Assembly (NCBI GenBank): GCA_964016885.1
Contig: OZ024742.1
Coordinates: forward strand, 248,992,001-249,056,000
Direction: 5' to 3'
Length of the DNA: 64,000 nucleotides
Source of the DNA: Eledone cirrhosa
Taxonomy: Eukaryota
Part shown: in pieces, positions 42,050 to 55,945 of the stretch
How the letters are laid out: each line of letters begins with the position of its first letter
Position numbering within the stretch: the stretch's first letter is position 1
Translations under genes and position numbers: made by a program
Notes under the pieces: generated by a model
Databases searched by the model: none
Seen by the model: the letters and a program-made list of their open reading frames with translations, nothing else
Told to the model about the DNA's origin: nothing

Positions 42050-44480
42050 GTAGCGGAAGCGCAGCATGGCAACATCATTCGATATTTGATGGATATTTGA
42101 TGGATATTTGCGGGTCTGAGTTACACCAAGCTTGACCAATTTGTACGCTTTTCTAGCAACAGTTTTATGAAATTTGCGCGAAAAATGACTAACTGGTGTC
42201 GATGGGTTTTGCTACTTTCTCTGATTGTCTGCAGGGAGGCCGAATGCTGCAAAAAACTGGTCTCTGAAGAAGTGTGTCAGGTAAAAATCACATGGTTTGG
42301 ATTGTCTTCCCTGCGAGTTCTATTTTCACAGTTATTCGCTACAACAGCAGGCATCAGATTGAGAGAACTCACGGGCATGTGATCCGGCGAGAAAAGATTT
42401 GGGCAAAGGAGATTCAACAGAAAGTTTCAGGCCCGTATTTCCACTAAAGACAGATTTAAAGATGTTGGTAAAATTATTCTGGAAAAGGCTGAGGTTTGTC
42501 GATACCACAATATAATATCTGGCTTCGGCGTTATACTGTTAAATCTAGACCAATCCAGAGCTTTTGATAGGTTTGAACATCATTACCAAGAGGCTGTGCT
42601 TAAAACAGCCGGTTTATTTCCATTTTCCGAAATGGGATTTCCTTAGTATACAAAAACGTTTGTCATATTAATCAGCCACATTTCTGAACACTTTTGCATC
42701 AATCTCTTGGTACGTCATGGATTTATTCTCTCCTATATGTGTTGGCTCTTGAGTCATTGCTAAGAAAGAGGGTAATGTTAAAGGTACGAACTGGGTCACA
42801 GGAGAGCTGTGAGTACCTATGCTGACGACGGCTCATCATGAAATCAGATATATTGAATGGAGAGGCGGAATAATACCAGCAGCTGACGGCTGTGCGCATA
42901 AACAGCGACATCTTCTCTGAGATGAGAATGAACGGTCACCTTTCCGAACCATTCAACATCATGCACCACTTGGTTCGCCAAGGTTACCCCTTCTCCTCCC
43001 TGTTGTATGTATTGTCACTAGAGTCATTAGTGCACAAATTGGAGACGTTGAGGGGAGTCCCACGCGAACTGGAATGCGGGAGAACCCCCTCAGCACATGC
43101 CGACGACGTCACCGTAGTGGTGTCGAGCGCCAAACTCATCGAGTTTATCGGCACTCCTCTAAGAGAATACGAGGCGGTGACAGGAGCTTAACAAGGAAAC
43201 GACGTTGGGTCTGCGGTTTTGCACCTGGAGGGGCAGGTCCATACCGTTAAACAGCGTCGTTGGGTGCTGGACGGATGGACGGTTAAATTGCTAGTGATCT
43301 GATTTGGTCCGGACCACCACATTGACAAAACTGGGACGAGGTGACGAGCAGGATGGCCTCTGTCACTCAGAAATAGGCTGTGAGGAAGCTATTCCTGAAA
43401 GATCGTGCCATGTCCTAAGCCTCACCTGACTGCACTGGAGCATTCGCTCTTTCACTTTTTGTGGAAGGGACGCGCTCTGCTGGTCAGGCGGCCACACCCG
43501 ATACGTGGAGGGCTGGGGATGCCATGACTAATGACGTGCAAACATGCACTGAGGCTACGACATCTCCAGCTCTTCCTTGACGGGGATCAGGTGTGGTGGC
43601 CGATTGCTAGACGCCTTTTTGCCCAGTTCGTCTCCTTGACTGAGCTGCTGATCTGTGTCAAACGAAGACCCAGAAGAAGCGCTTGGAGACTGGAACGTCT
43701 TCAGGCGCTCATAGCATTCAGCTAATTGGGCACTATGATCGGGGGAAACTCCACCTTGGCGTTATATAGATGTTTAGTGGAGGGCAAGAGCAATGACGAC
43801 TTGGGTAGATTCTGGGCGTCGATGAAAATTCACTAGCCAATACTTCCGGAGAACATTCGGGCCGTGTCCAGGGACAATATCCAGAAGACCCTAGCCTGGC
43901 AGTTCCACCAAGGAGCTTTGTCAGTTTGGAAAAAACTCTACAAGCATGGCTGTGCCATCATAGGGACCTGTCAAAGATGCGTGCAGTGACACGAAACCGT
44001 CCTGCACGCACTCGTTGAGAGACCCAGCATTGCTGACTTGTGGGTTTATGCTGAACATCTACTGTCACATGTAGGACTTATCCGGCTATCAGCTGAGTCT
44101 ATCGTGAAGATTGCCCCGTCGCTTTCCTTTAGTCGGGAAGGGCAGGCTATTTCTATCTGCCTGTTCGGTGAAGCTCTGATTATCTTTTTCAAATTCTATT
44201 TGAAAAGTAAAATTAGGGTGGAGAGAAAGATGGGTGAAAGACGTGGGCATGGCCTGAATAAATAGACATGCTCTGTAGATTGGATGTTGAAAACTGGGAG
44301 AGAGCACTTGCCCTTGTGGTCAGCTTCATCGTGGCGTCTCTCTACGAGTGACGCTCGGAGTATCCAACCTCCACTGGGGAATATATTTTTGTTTGAATTT
44401 TTTCGATTTTCTTTGTGTTTGGTATAATATTTTTACACACAAAAGCCTACATCGTATTGTCCTGTGTCGTCCTTAATGTG
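42050..44480 (+). mobile_element. Heavily decayed Tx1/L1-clade LINE
   Basis: LNLDQSRAFDRFEH, VRQGYPFSSLLYVLSLE, AHADDVTV, GGLG.P and a 3' CQRC..ETVLH knuckle. Many stops; partial duplication of the RT segment. Confidence 0.75.
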
Positions 44481-44961
44481 TTCTGAATGTGAGCCATGTG
44501 TGGAAGAATCGGTAGAGCGTCGGACAACTTGCTTTTCGGCATCCAATTACGACCGTTCACGTTCTGAGTTCAAATCTCATGCTTACGGGGTCGATGAAAT
44601 AAGGTACCAGTAATGCACCCTGGTTGATTTCATTGACTTTAAACTCCCCCAAAAATTGTTGAATCAAAAACCATATTATTATCATTGCTGCAGTACTGCA
44701 ATTAATGCCAATATATTATCACTTAAAAGTGTTTTTATCGTCATTCTTTCATGGAATGCGAAACGATACTGCCACATACCATCACATACCACCAACACCA
44801 GAAGTAGCAACACCACTACCACCACCTCTACTACCATCAACAACAACACCACTGAGCAACGCCCGCCTCGAACACACACTACACTCATTGCCATCAGAAA
44901 GACACACCTTAGATACAACTTTCTAACATCATTTATCATCAACATTATTATCCTGATCAAA

Positions 44962-45154
44962 GGGCGGCGAATTGGCAGTATCGGTAGAGGGTCGGACGCC
45001 AACTTTGACGCATAGAGTTACGGTCCTTGCCATTCTGAGTTCAAATCCCGCCGAGGTTAACTTTGCCTTTCTTCCTTACGGGGTCGATAAAATAAAAGTA
45101 CCAGTAATGTACTGGGATAATATCTGGCGTTGTGCCAATAGTAGAAACAGTTAT
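44962..45154 (+). mobile_element. SINE (another diverged copy at 44500-44680)
   Basis: Full consensus from head to tail. Confidence 0.88.
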
Positions 45155-45311
45155 TATCCTGATTTTAATACATATATGTATTTGAGTATGCATGCATGCA
45201 TAAATATGTGTATGTAGGTATATGTCTTATTTTGTCAGACTAACTTTGTTTACACGCAGTGGTTTTCAATATGGCTAAATGCAACCACAATTATATTTTT
45301 ATCTATCTGCC

Positions 45312-45353
<42 letters not shown>

Positions 45354-45575
45354 CTGTCTAATCTATCTCCTCTATTAGACATGGCTCTGTAACAGGAAGT
45401 GTAACAGACATCACACCTTCACACAGTTTATTGTTGAGTATAACAAATTTAACACATTCCACCAGGAACAGCACCACCATCATACCGACAAAAGGAGCTT
45501 AGAAAACTAACAAAAAAAAAGATTAAAATAAAAAACTACATTTCATAAAGTATCTGGAATATTTGTCTACATTAA

Positions 45576-45670
45576 TTAGATATACAACAGGTTCGAACCT
45601 TGATAAGCCAGGCAGTCCTCCTCATTAATGGCAAGCACTCTATCTTCATTGAAATGGCTCGTTATCTCTA
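45576..45670 (-). CDS. Candidate terminal exon of a - strand gene or pseudogene
   Basis: Acceptor ggttttcag|, frame xEITSHFNEDRVLAINEEDCLAYQGSNLLYI*. Confidence 0.3.
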
Positions 45671-46278
45671 CTGAAAACCAATAATTAAGCAGATGGACAA
45701 TGACGTCAATCGTTTGAAGTGGAGAGAAGTGGCGCTGATGATGGCATTGATGCTAATAATATCGCTTTATTAGCAGGCTACATCAACATTGATAATAATC
45801 ATATTAATAATAATAATATTAAAGATATGGAAGATGAGGCTCACATTAAGCGTGGATTGTGAATGGAAGAGAGTGCTAATATCATGTGTAGATAATGAAT
45901 GGTGCAAAAATCCAATAAAAACTGAAGAGAGTGAATTGAATAAGACTATTAATGGACGCAGACATGCCTGAGTTGTTAAGAATTTTTCTTCGTAATTATA
46001 AGATCACTTGTATGACCTCACTTCCTGGTATTTTGGAGAAGTGATACAACAGTTTCCAGTTTACAAACTAGTTAAGAAACGTGGTAGATAAAAACTGTCC
46101 AGACGCTCATCGTATGGATTTTACCTGTGATTGAAAGATTCAGCCTTATCACATATGGTTTCATGCTCATTCCTTTAAATGTATACGTTAAAGGTGTACG
46201 TTAAATATATACGTCTTTGTTGAAAACTCCAGCACGTAAATGTTAATACAAAGTTAAATGCAACTTAAATTCTAGGAC

Positions 46279-46465
46279 CTAGCTTGTCAATGACTCTAAC
46301 ACGCTGATATTCGAAATTCTCATCCGGATTCGGCGTGATATTGTACAATCCAAGTATAACATGAATTGTATAATGTCAGGTGGAATCTGGCTGGTAATTT
46401 GATTAGAGGTGTACGTGTCTATGGAATACTCCACCACTTTCCTCTGAATGCAAGATGAAAAGTAC
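46279..46465 (-). pseudogene. Candidate exon-like unique sequence, frame uncertain
   Basis: Acceptor ttgaattacag|. One frame is open to the TAG at 46279; another is protein-like but has two stops. Confidence 0.25.
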
Positions 46466-47069
46466 CTGTAATTCAAAGACACATCTTTGTCACATATTAT
46501 ATCAAACTGATTCTGCTTGAGAATGTCGTTAAAGGTATATGTGGCTGAGATATACACAAACACGTTAAACGTTAATTTGTCAGACAAAGGTAATCGAATC
46601 CATGAAATCGCGAAAGTTATTTACTGCAGATAATTATGATTTGAATGAAAAAATTAGAGTAGTGGGTGAATAAGTTTCATATAACTTTTATTTTGATTTC
46701 ATGTTTATGAGAACGGCCATCAGATATAATGGTTGGTCGCGATAAAAGTGGGGCCCTCTAACCGAAGAAGCAATCCAGGACCAACAGTAGTAAACTACTA
46801 TGGGTGATAGAGCAATGGGTTACACTGTTAGCTCCCAAGAAAACTCTCGCAACGCAGTGATGTAGTTATGACGAGACGAGTAAAGGCCGCATAAAAAAAA
46901 CCTAGTCTTCGTGGGTCTGAGAAAAATATCAAATTGGTGACTGGCGCGAAGAAATCAGCTGTATTTTGACATGGGGCCGGATTGACTCAACCAGACTTAA
47001 AATAGTCTAAACACGCCATTTCTCAGGCAGGCACCGCTAAGACTAATTCGAGAGTTAAGGACCCTTTGC

Positions 47070-47111
<42 letters not shown>

Positions 47112-47115
<4 letters not shown>

Positions 47116-47319
47116 TGTGAGAAAAACCACAGACCCTCCATCTCAACTCTACTTTTGAAAAGCAGAAGAACTGCGAAACCGGTAAAGGAACCAAATCAAT
47201 ATATATATTTAAAAAAAAAATAAGACTCCAGTTGCATTTTCGATTTTATATTTTTTTCTTTATACTTTCACTCGTGTAGGACACCTCGTTTATTTTTCAT
47301 TTTGTAAAAAAAACCTCAC

Positions 47320-47326
<7 letters not shown>
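47112..47326 (+). mobile_element. Single ~215-bp HHR element between (TA)n arrays; U3-A8 hammerhead at 47152-47187
   Basis: CTT TTGAAAA GCAG AAGAA CTGC GAAA CCGG TA AAG. Near-identical to the 8120-8468 arms. Confidence 0.85.
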
Positions 47327-47363
<37 letters not shown>

Positions 47364-47500
47364 ATGTTTGACCCCGACGGCAGAGTTCAACAGAGCTCTG
47401 CCGTCGAGGTCAAACATTTTCCTATTACCCACTCTACTACCCTAAGTATTGAATACTCTGGTGCGTTATGGTCCATCTGGTTCCTACTACACCTCTTTCG

Positions 47501-47549
<49 letters not shown>

Positions 47550-47730
47550 CATATATATATATATATTTATATAGTAATAAAAGAATGTGAAGCCTAAAAT
47601 CCGAAGAGAGCTCGATAAGGATTATATATATATATATAGACATATATTATAAGAACAGATTAAAGTGTAAGCAAAGAATCGCTGCTTTCGGCGATTCTTT
47701 GCTTAAACTTTTATCTGTTCTTATAATAAA

Positions 47731-48339
47731 CTTGCAGCGGTACCCGGCGTTGCATGGGATAAGGTATTTTGGAACGCAGGCCGCTAACACTCCTAATTGT
47801 GGAAAAACTGCATTCCTGGACAATATGTAAAGAAAATAAACCGAATACTCTGATGGCTCGATAATCTTTAAGATTTTCTCGGTGAAGCAGACAAAATGCA
47901 GGTTTTCACCTAATGCGGGTCCTAGGGGATCAAAGAAATGAATTTTTTTTCATGTGCATAATATGCCTTTAAATTTCGGGAAAATCGGCTACACGTATCG
48001 CCTCAAAAAAAGCCCTAAAAAGCTGAAAAAATGAAGTTTTTCATCTAATGCGGGCCCTAGGCCATAAACAAGTTGGATTTTCTTTGCTCAGGGTTTGAAG
48101 AACAGACTGACTAATACATAGTTACAATTTCAAGGAAATCGGTCTGATGTAACGCCTCAAAAAAACCCTAAAATGCTGAAAAAACGCAGTTTGTCACCAA
48201 AAGGTTGAACAAAAGGTTGAATTTTATGTGTATAACACTACTTGAAACATAAGTAATACACATGTAAAGTTTGAAAAAGATCGGTTGTGTACTTCTCGAG
48301 TTTTAGGGATTCAAACTCACAGGCACACATCCCCAGTTT

Positions 48340-48345
<6 letters not shown>
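47731..48345 (-). mobile_element. Non-autonomous Helitron
   Basis: rc 5' tataaaactggggatgtgtgcctgtg, rc 3' cccatgcaacgccgggtaccgctgcaag. Internal ~130-bp repeats. Confidence 0.65.
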
Positions 48346-48430
<85 letters not shown>

Positions 48431-49528
48431 GTCTGTGTGTGGGGGATGTATCTGTGCATGTGTTTATTATTTATGCCGATTCCGAGTTCTGTGAAATTTC
48501 GTCTGTCTTCAGAGTTTCATCAGAGAAGACTGGTGGCGGACTCATATAGACATACTGGTGAATACTGCGAAAAATCGGTAGTCGGTGATAGAGTAGTCAA
48601 TTATTCTTAGCTAATCTAGATTAGCACAAGACAAACAGGATTAGAGTTTCAATATTTAACACAATAATCTATCAATACTCTCCCTTATTCGTCCCATTTC
48701 TCCCGCTCTCTAAGTCTATTCACACTCATACACACGTGTAACTCGGAAATCAAATGACCATAAAGATAGCTGATCACTATGCAAAACTAGTTGATAGATT
48801 CGGCTAAAGTACTCCCGCAGAGGGATAAGAATGGACAGATGTGCATACGAAAAATCGAAACCCGCAGTTCTCTCTGGATTAATCTTGCAATAGCAATAAA
48901 ACTAGAACAACTTTGATCGTAGGTCTGCTGGATCGGAATGGACCATGTGTTAAATACCATTATCTTAAATAACAATAACTACATGCATAATACATCAATG
49001 AAGGCGTGGCTGGTCGATCTACCAGCTAGAAACAAATACAAATAAGTAACTGACTTGAAGAAGAAGAAACAGATAAAGTCCCTGATAAACAGTGCATAAA
49101 TAAAAGACGGGTCAATCATAAATGGAACAACAGAACGGAGCTGGGGTTAAACAGCATAATCAAATAAACGAGGGCGTGGCTGATTTCAAGATATTCGTTT
49201 TACCTGCTGAAATCAGTACCATAAAATCCTTCAAATCAGACCGAGCTATCATCTAAAAAATTATAAATATAAACAAAACACATACAGTCCTGCAGATTAA
49301 TTATCACACCTGTCCTCACATGGGGTTAAACCCCATCACGAGCAACATCTTTTAATTTCCTCCGTCCCACTTCACCAACTGCAACAGTGATAGCAATATA
49401 AGTGGTTAGAGATCTATAAATGGAGATAACCAGATTTGAACTATGCACCACGATATTGTTATCTTCAATATCAGCATCGCTATATATATATATTTATTTA
49501 TTTCTCAATATATATATTGGTAGTGATG

Positions 49529-49563
<35 letters not shown>

Positions 49564-49567
<4 letters not shown>

Positions 49568-51592
49568 GTCGTTACACAACAGTTAGTTCACCATACCGAG
49601 AACAATTGTTTCACCTTAGCGGATCCTCAGCTCGTAATGGGCATGGTTATACGGAACAGGAAAGCCAACCGTACGAACGTGCATGCGCAGAAACCCGTCA
49701 CTTCACACAGGCAATACTAAAATGCGTGGAGAGGTGTAAGGGAGATAACTGCGAAAGTCCGAAAAGTTTTTAGTTGATAAGAAAAAATATTGATGTTGTT
49801 ACAATAATTCATTCAATCCGGAGCTTTGTAGTTATGCAATAGGTGTTTCGAGACGTGTGGACAACGTGTGAAAAATTCATTTCTCGTGTTTAGGCAATCA
49901 CTATTGCATAATCTCTTTAGAATATTTATTCGTTCGTCAATACACAGTCCACACGACGGATTTCCCCTTGCGTATGGCTTGGACTTAGTGAAGGCTTTCC
50001 ATTGAATGGAGTAGTCTATACTTGAGTCTTTGAGGGACCATACGTGGCTCGCGAGTTTCGTGGACGAACGTCTGTCCGGGTACCTAAAGGTCGACTGATG
50101 GTTCAGGAAAACGTTCCTTAAATCGGCCCTCCACCATGCCCACATAGGATTTGACCTCCTGTAGTTGGTTTGGTCGGTTGGAAGTGACCACAGCTTCATA
50201 AATTACAGCTGGTGTGTTGCATTGCTGTTGAAGGAGGCAAGTTTCGGGCTAGGGAGAGAGCAGCCTGGTGGGGTGTTGCTCCTCGGGCTGCTCGTGACAT
50301 GGGCCTTCATGCTCTTAGCGCAGGCGTATCCTAGTTTTACTTTGTGTCGGTTAAAGATGGAGCGGTATTTATGACCTATGGGAAAGTGTCTATCTAAGAG
50401 GGCTAAAAATGTTTTGCCTACATTGGTTTTAACGTTGAGTGAGAAGGGAGGAGAGAACCAATTAGTTTGTCTACTGTTGCGCTTTCTTTTCTTATTGCTG
50501 TTGTTGATAGTGGGAGAGTAAGTGATAGGTTGTGAGAAGCCGCTGTTAGCTAACGCCGTGTTATAGTACGGTGACGCCCTATCAAAGATATATATTAGAG
50601 GAGAGTTTTAAGATTCTAGTACTGATATTATTTACGAAGTTTCTAAAAACAGTGGGAGGGTGGCATGAGACCTTGTGAATGTAATTGAGTTTTTCGTTTA
50701 GCTTATGGAAGGGTATGTGGGTGCGTGTGCGAAGGTCTAAATTAATGTCTAAGAAATCTACGCTAGAGAGTTGGTAGCTACTGTTATCCTAAGTCCTAAT
50801 TCTTTGAAGGTAGAAGCTAAGTCTTTTTTAAACTGGTCGAGGTCGTGGCCACTTTTATGGCTCTATAAGATCAGTCCATCGTCGTGGTATAATCCCGTGT
50901 GGAGGTCCGGGAATCTAACACGTAATATGTCTAAAATAACTAGGCCAACCAAGTCACATACATCAGCACTGTCATACGATCCCATGGATACGTCGAATAG
51001 GTCTGAAATTGTAGACTTCTTTGCCCAGGCTACTCCGTCGTTGAAGAGGAGGGCTTTCCGGCAGTGAGCGATGATTTCCCTGTCTAAACCATCTACGGTG
51101 GTGTAAGTGGTAGCGAAGTCCAACGCTTTGTTTAACAGGGTCTCTGAGATCGACGGGTAAACATCGAGAATGTCAAACTGTGTGAACCTTTTTTGGATTT
51201 TAAGGATTTAAACCACTTAATTACGGAGTCGCTGTTCTCCCACTGGGGCAGGTTGGACTTGGTCCTAATGGTCTTAACTATATTTCTAAGTATGGCCTTA
51301 CTGACTAGTCCCATATCTGTGCGTTCCGGGTTTATTAGTCTACATATGGAGTTAGAAGTAAAGTCTACCTTGTGATCTTTCAGTGTGAGGAACGCCTCCC
51401 GCTTAGCTAGAGATTGTAGCTTCTTATCTTCCTTAAGGGCGGCGGCAAGTTCTTTGGCTTCTGTATTAATGTCGTAGTAGGCCAGGTGGCGGAAAGTGGT
51501 GTTATCGACTTCGTAAATATTATTAGTTATGTCGGAAAGAACGAAGGTGTTATTAGAAGACCTAATTTTTTTAATTAAACACGAGAAATGAA
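49564..51592 (-). mobile_element. Penelope-like retroelement (RT + C-terminal GIY-YIG, probably Naiad-type), 5'-truncated, inserted in (TA)n
   Basis: [80 protein letters not shown]...SYVG, TKLASHVWSLK, CGLC..E..LN.R.E..CPH. Frameshifted. The Naiad label is from recalled motifs. Confidence 0.9.
49597..49634 (-). ncRNA. Minimal hammerhead in the PLE 3' region
   Basis: rc: CGAG CTGAGGA TCC GCTAA GGT GAAA CAATTG TT CTCG. Confidence 0.75.
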
Positions 51593-51601
51593 TATATACA
51601 C

Positions 51602-51642
<41 letters not shown>

Positions 51643-51689
51643 TATGAATATATATGTATATATATATGTATATGTATATATATATGTAT

Positions 51690-51769
<80 letters not shown>

Positions 51770-51887
51770 AGTAAGTATGTTTTGAAACAGTGAGCGAGTT
51801 TGAAATTAAAAAATATATTGCTTTCACCGTATTTTTGACTAAAGGAATTTTAGCTTGATAACGTTATCAAGCTAAAATTCCTTTAGT

Positions 51888-51945
<58 letters not shown>

Positions 51946-51946
<1 letters not shown>

Positions 51947-52207
51947 TCATTTCTCGTGTTTAATTAAGAAATTTAGGTGTTCTAATAACACCTTCGTTCT
52001 TTCCGACAAAACTAATAATATTTACGAAGTCGACAACACCACTTTCCGCCACCTGGCCCATAACGCTATTACTTCAAAATATAAGAAAGCTAACCCTATG
52101 GCGTACTACGACATGTATATATATATATATGTATATATATGTATATATATGTATATATATGTATATATATGTATATATATATGTATATATATGTATATAT
52201 ATGTATA

Positions 52208-52303
<96 letters not shown>

Positions 52304-52443
52304 TATACATATATATACATATATGTACATATATATATACATATATATGCATATATATATACATATATATACATATATATACATATATATATATATACAT
52401 GTCGTAGTACGCCATAGGGTTAGCTTTCTTATATTTTGAAGTA
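51946..52443. mobile_element. Inverted fragments of the PLE 5' break region separated by TA arrays
   Basis: 51946-52057 is the rc of ~51481-51592. 52398-52445 is the rc of ~52068-52115. Confidence 0.85.
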
Positions 52444-52468
52444 ATATATATATATATATATATGTATG

Positions 52469-52535
<67 letters not shown>

Positions 52536-52621
52536 ACATATATATATATGTATACATATATATATATATATATATATATATGTATACATATATATATATA
52601 TATACATATATATATGTATAC

Positions 52622-52668
<47 letters not shown>

Positions 52669-52693
52669 CATATATATATACATATATATATAC

Positions 52694-52736
<43 letters not shown>

Positions 52737-52750
52737 CCCATATATATATA

Positions 52751-52795
<45 letters not shown>

Positions 52796-52997
52796 GGGGT
52801 TACAGATTATTGTTATAGGTGATCGAATGACGTGAGAACAAGCGGGTAGCGATCTCTAGACCTACCAGTTCAGAGAAACAATTGTCAGCAATGAGATTAA
52901 ACCCTTTTTTGTATAGCAAACCGTGTAACTCTTCTTTCCTGATTTATATATATATACCAAGATATTAAATAAATGGAAACTATATTTATAAAACCAT

Positions 52998-53059
52998 ATT
53001 TATTATATATATTTCAAGGGCAACCAAGCCAATCTTGGTGCGCTTTCATCAGATAAAAT
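52998..53059 (-). ncRNA. Hammerhead motif (31460 family)
   Basis: rc: ATTTTAT CTGATGA AAGCGCACCAAGATTGGCTTGGTTGCCCTT GAAA TATATATA ATAAAT. Confidence 0.7.
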
Positions 53060-53419
53060 ACAAAGTTTGTTTTTTAAATAAAGACGTACCAATGAAGATT
53101 CAAACTTATCGGTCTGAAATTCGCTGGATAGTGGAAACATATTAGGGAATATTCAAAGTTATGTATGAATATCAAAATGTATGTGTAAATAATTAAAGAA
53201 ACAACCGTTTATTTAAATGACGCTGGGGAGAGATAGGGAAGAAAGAGAGAGAGAGAAAAAGAATATTAATATTATGAGATAGAAAGACAGATGAAATTTA
53301 CAAGAGGATGAATAGAACTCATGTAACGTAAATAAGTTTTAAATTTATATCTACTAATGGTAGGTATATTTACTATTATTAAGTTGTTAGAATTCATTTC
53401 TAATATAATTGTTATAATA

Positions 53420-53613
53420 TAATTGTTTCTACTTTTGGCACCAGGCCATCAATTAGCCCAGTGCATTACTGGTACTTTATTTTATCGACCCCCGTAAGGA
53501 TGAAAGGCAAAGTTAACCTCGGCGTGATTTGAACTCAGATCATAAAGGGAGGTAACTCTATGCTTCAAAGCATGGCGCCCGACTCTCTACCGATACTACG
53601 AATTCACCGCCCT
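53420..53613 (-). mobile_element. SINE with apparent target-site duplication
   Basis: Full rc consensus. ttgttataatataat occurs on both sides (53409 and 53613). Confidence 0.88.
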
Positions 53614-54332
53614 TGTTATAATATAATATTTACTATTATAATTAGATAGAAAAAATAGATATATAAAATATAAATATATACAAAAAATATGTTGAAAAAT
53701 AAGTTGAAAATTAATTAGATAGAAAGATAAATATATAGAAGAATAAATAGATAGACAAATAAATAGATAGAAAATAGATATATGAATGGATAGATAGGTA
53801 TATCTTGTTATATATAATTGTTTTAATGAGTTATGAAGGATATTGGTTTATATTTATTGTAAGTAATTAAGTAAACTGAGTTAATGAGAATATTTATATA
53901 TTTTAAATGTTTTAAATTGGGAAGATACGGAAAAAACAACCAGTTTTGTTTGTTTATCAGTTAGTATGAGACCATTTTGTCAAAGATATAAATGTTGAAA
54001 GATATATTTAGCCTGAATTAGCTATTGGTTATAAATCTAATAAAAGATATTAAAAAATATTTTTAAAATATTTAATATTCTGGAAAATTATCGGAAAATA
54101 CTTTTAAAAATACTTTAAAAAATACTTTTTAAAAAAATACTTAAAAAACATTTAAAAAACCTTTTTAAAATATTTTAAAAAAATATTTAAAAAAATACTT
54201 TAAAAATACTTTAAAAATATTTAAAAAATATTTAAAGAAGGTTAAAAAAATATTTTTTAAATCCTTAAAAAAAAAAAATGTTTAAAATAACATTTATGTT
54301 TGTCGGAATTCCAACAAATTAAATACAACTGC

Positions 54333-54443
<111 letters not shown>

Positions 54444-54746
54444 AGTAGCAGGTGAGTTTTATTGTAGCACATATCGCAATGCAAATATCAACAATTTATA
54501 GGACTGTGTTTCTCAGTATTAAAGGTTATCTCTCTGTCACTCATTTTCTCCTCCTTTCTCATCCTTCCTTTTTATACTCCGCCTCCGTCATCCTTTCCTT
54601 ATTAAATTTTTTCTTGTATCTATATTTTTACTTCCTCTTCCTTACCTTTTTTCTAATCACATATATACCTCTAATTTTATTTTTCAAATGTTGAGTTAAC
54701 ACTTCACTGCTCGCAAGTGTTTTTTAAGCTTCATATCCTGTCTCCC

Positions 54747-54817
54747 TATTTTATCTGATGAGAACGCAAATATCATCCCATGATGATATTTGTTTTTGAA
54801 ATGCGCATAATAAAATA
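54747..54817 (+). ncRNA. Minimal type I hammerhead, apparently intact
   Basis: TATTTTAT CTGATGA GAAC GCAAATATCATC CCAT GATGATATTTGT TTTT GAAA TGCGCA TA ATAAAATA. Confidence 0.82.
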
Positions 54818-55428
54818 CATGGAACTTTTTTAACCATCTTTGGATTTTATATTATATATATATATATATTTAATATATTAACGGAGAAAGCTTTAAGCAA
54901 TACTCCGACCGGCTTCCCTCTCACTCAACAAACATTAGGATATACCTTAGTATAATCCTAATTATACGTTTGGGGTGCTAACTATACGTATTTTGCGGAT
55001 AGCCAGTTGTATTATTTCATATGAGACATAATTAAAATACATCTCTCATTCCAAACGATCGTTTCCTTATAAGTTTTCTACAAATTGGGAAAATAATGTC
55101 CAGGTTATGTAGAAGCCTACACATAGTCCGTAGGAATATATGTAGGTGGGCACTTATAAATCAGCAGTGGATGCCCGACAAATATCGATATAAAAAAAAC
55201 GTTACCGATATTAATGATCAGCGATGGTACCCTTCCGTGTCAGAATGACCGCCAAATTTGAAATTCCAGCAGTCTCACAATGAGAAATCTCACACTGCCA
55301 TCAAGCGGAAAGGGGAGATCATCATATATATATATATATAGTTGTGTGTGTGAAAATAGCATAACATTGTCGGCTCGAAGAAAATAGCCCAAGATATACA
55401 TATATTAAAATAAGTTTGCGTATTCCAA

Positions 55429-55504
<76 letters not shown>

Positions 55505-55717
55505 ACCAAACAGTTTCGACTTTCACTGTAAAGCGGGATCATCTGAAAGTTTCAGATGCTTCCGCATTAAGGTGAAAGCAGATATTGTTTGGTTAACGTG
55601 TAATCTGTGCAAATAATAATTATTTGCTCCACATACTTATATATATACAACCATCATCGAGTATTCTTTAGATTTTGGGATTTTGTGTTTATCATTTACT
55701 AGTACTACTACTACTAC

Positions 55718-55785
<68 letters not shown>

Positions 55786-55945
55786 CTATACTTGTGGAGG
55801 ATAATATTGTTGTAATACTATTGCCAGAAATAATAAGAGAACACACTCACTATTTGGTTGGTTTTAGCTTCTGCATTTTTTATATCTTATATATATAAAC
55901 AGAGTGTGAAGGGGATAGATAGCTAGATAGATAGGGATTTATTAC

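Noticed and set aside
49640-49812. SECIS element or selenoprotein, reported for some Naiad PLEs
   Set aside because: No convincing AUGA..AA..GA stem and no in-frame UGA at Cys positions seen by eye. SECISearch on the family consensus would be decisive.
54050-54290. AT-only aaaatacttttaaaa run as an origin or organellar insert
   Set aside because: Low-complexity degenerate minisatellite with no gene remnants.
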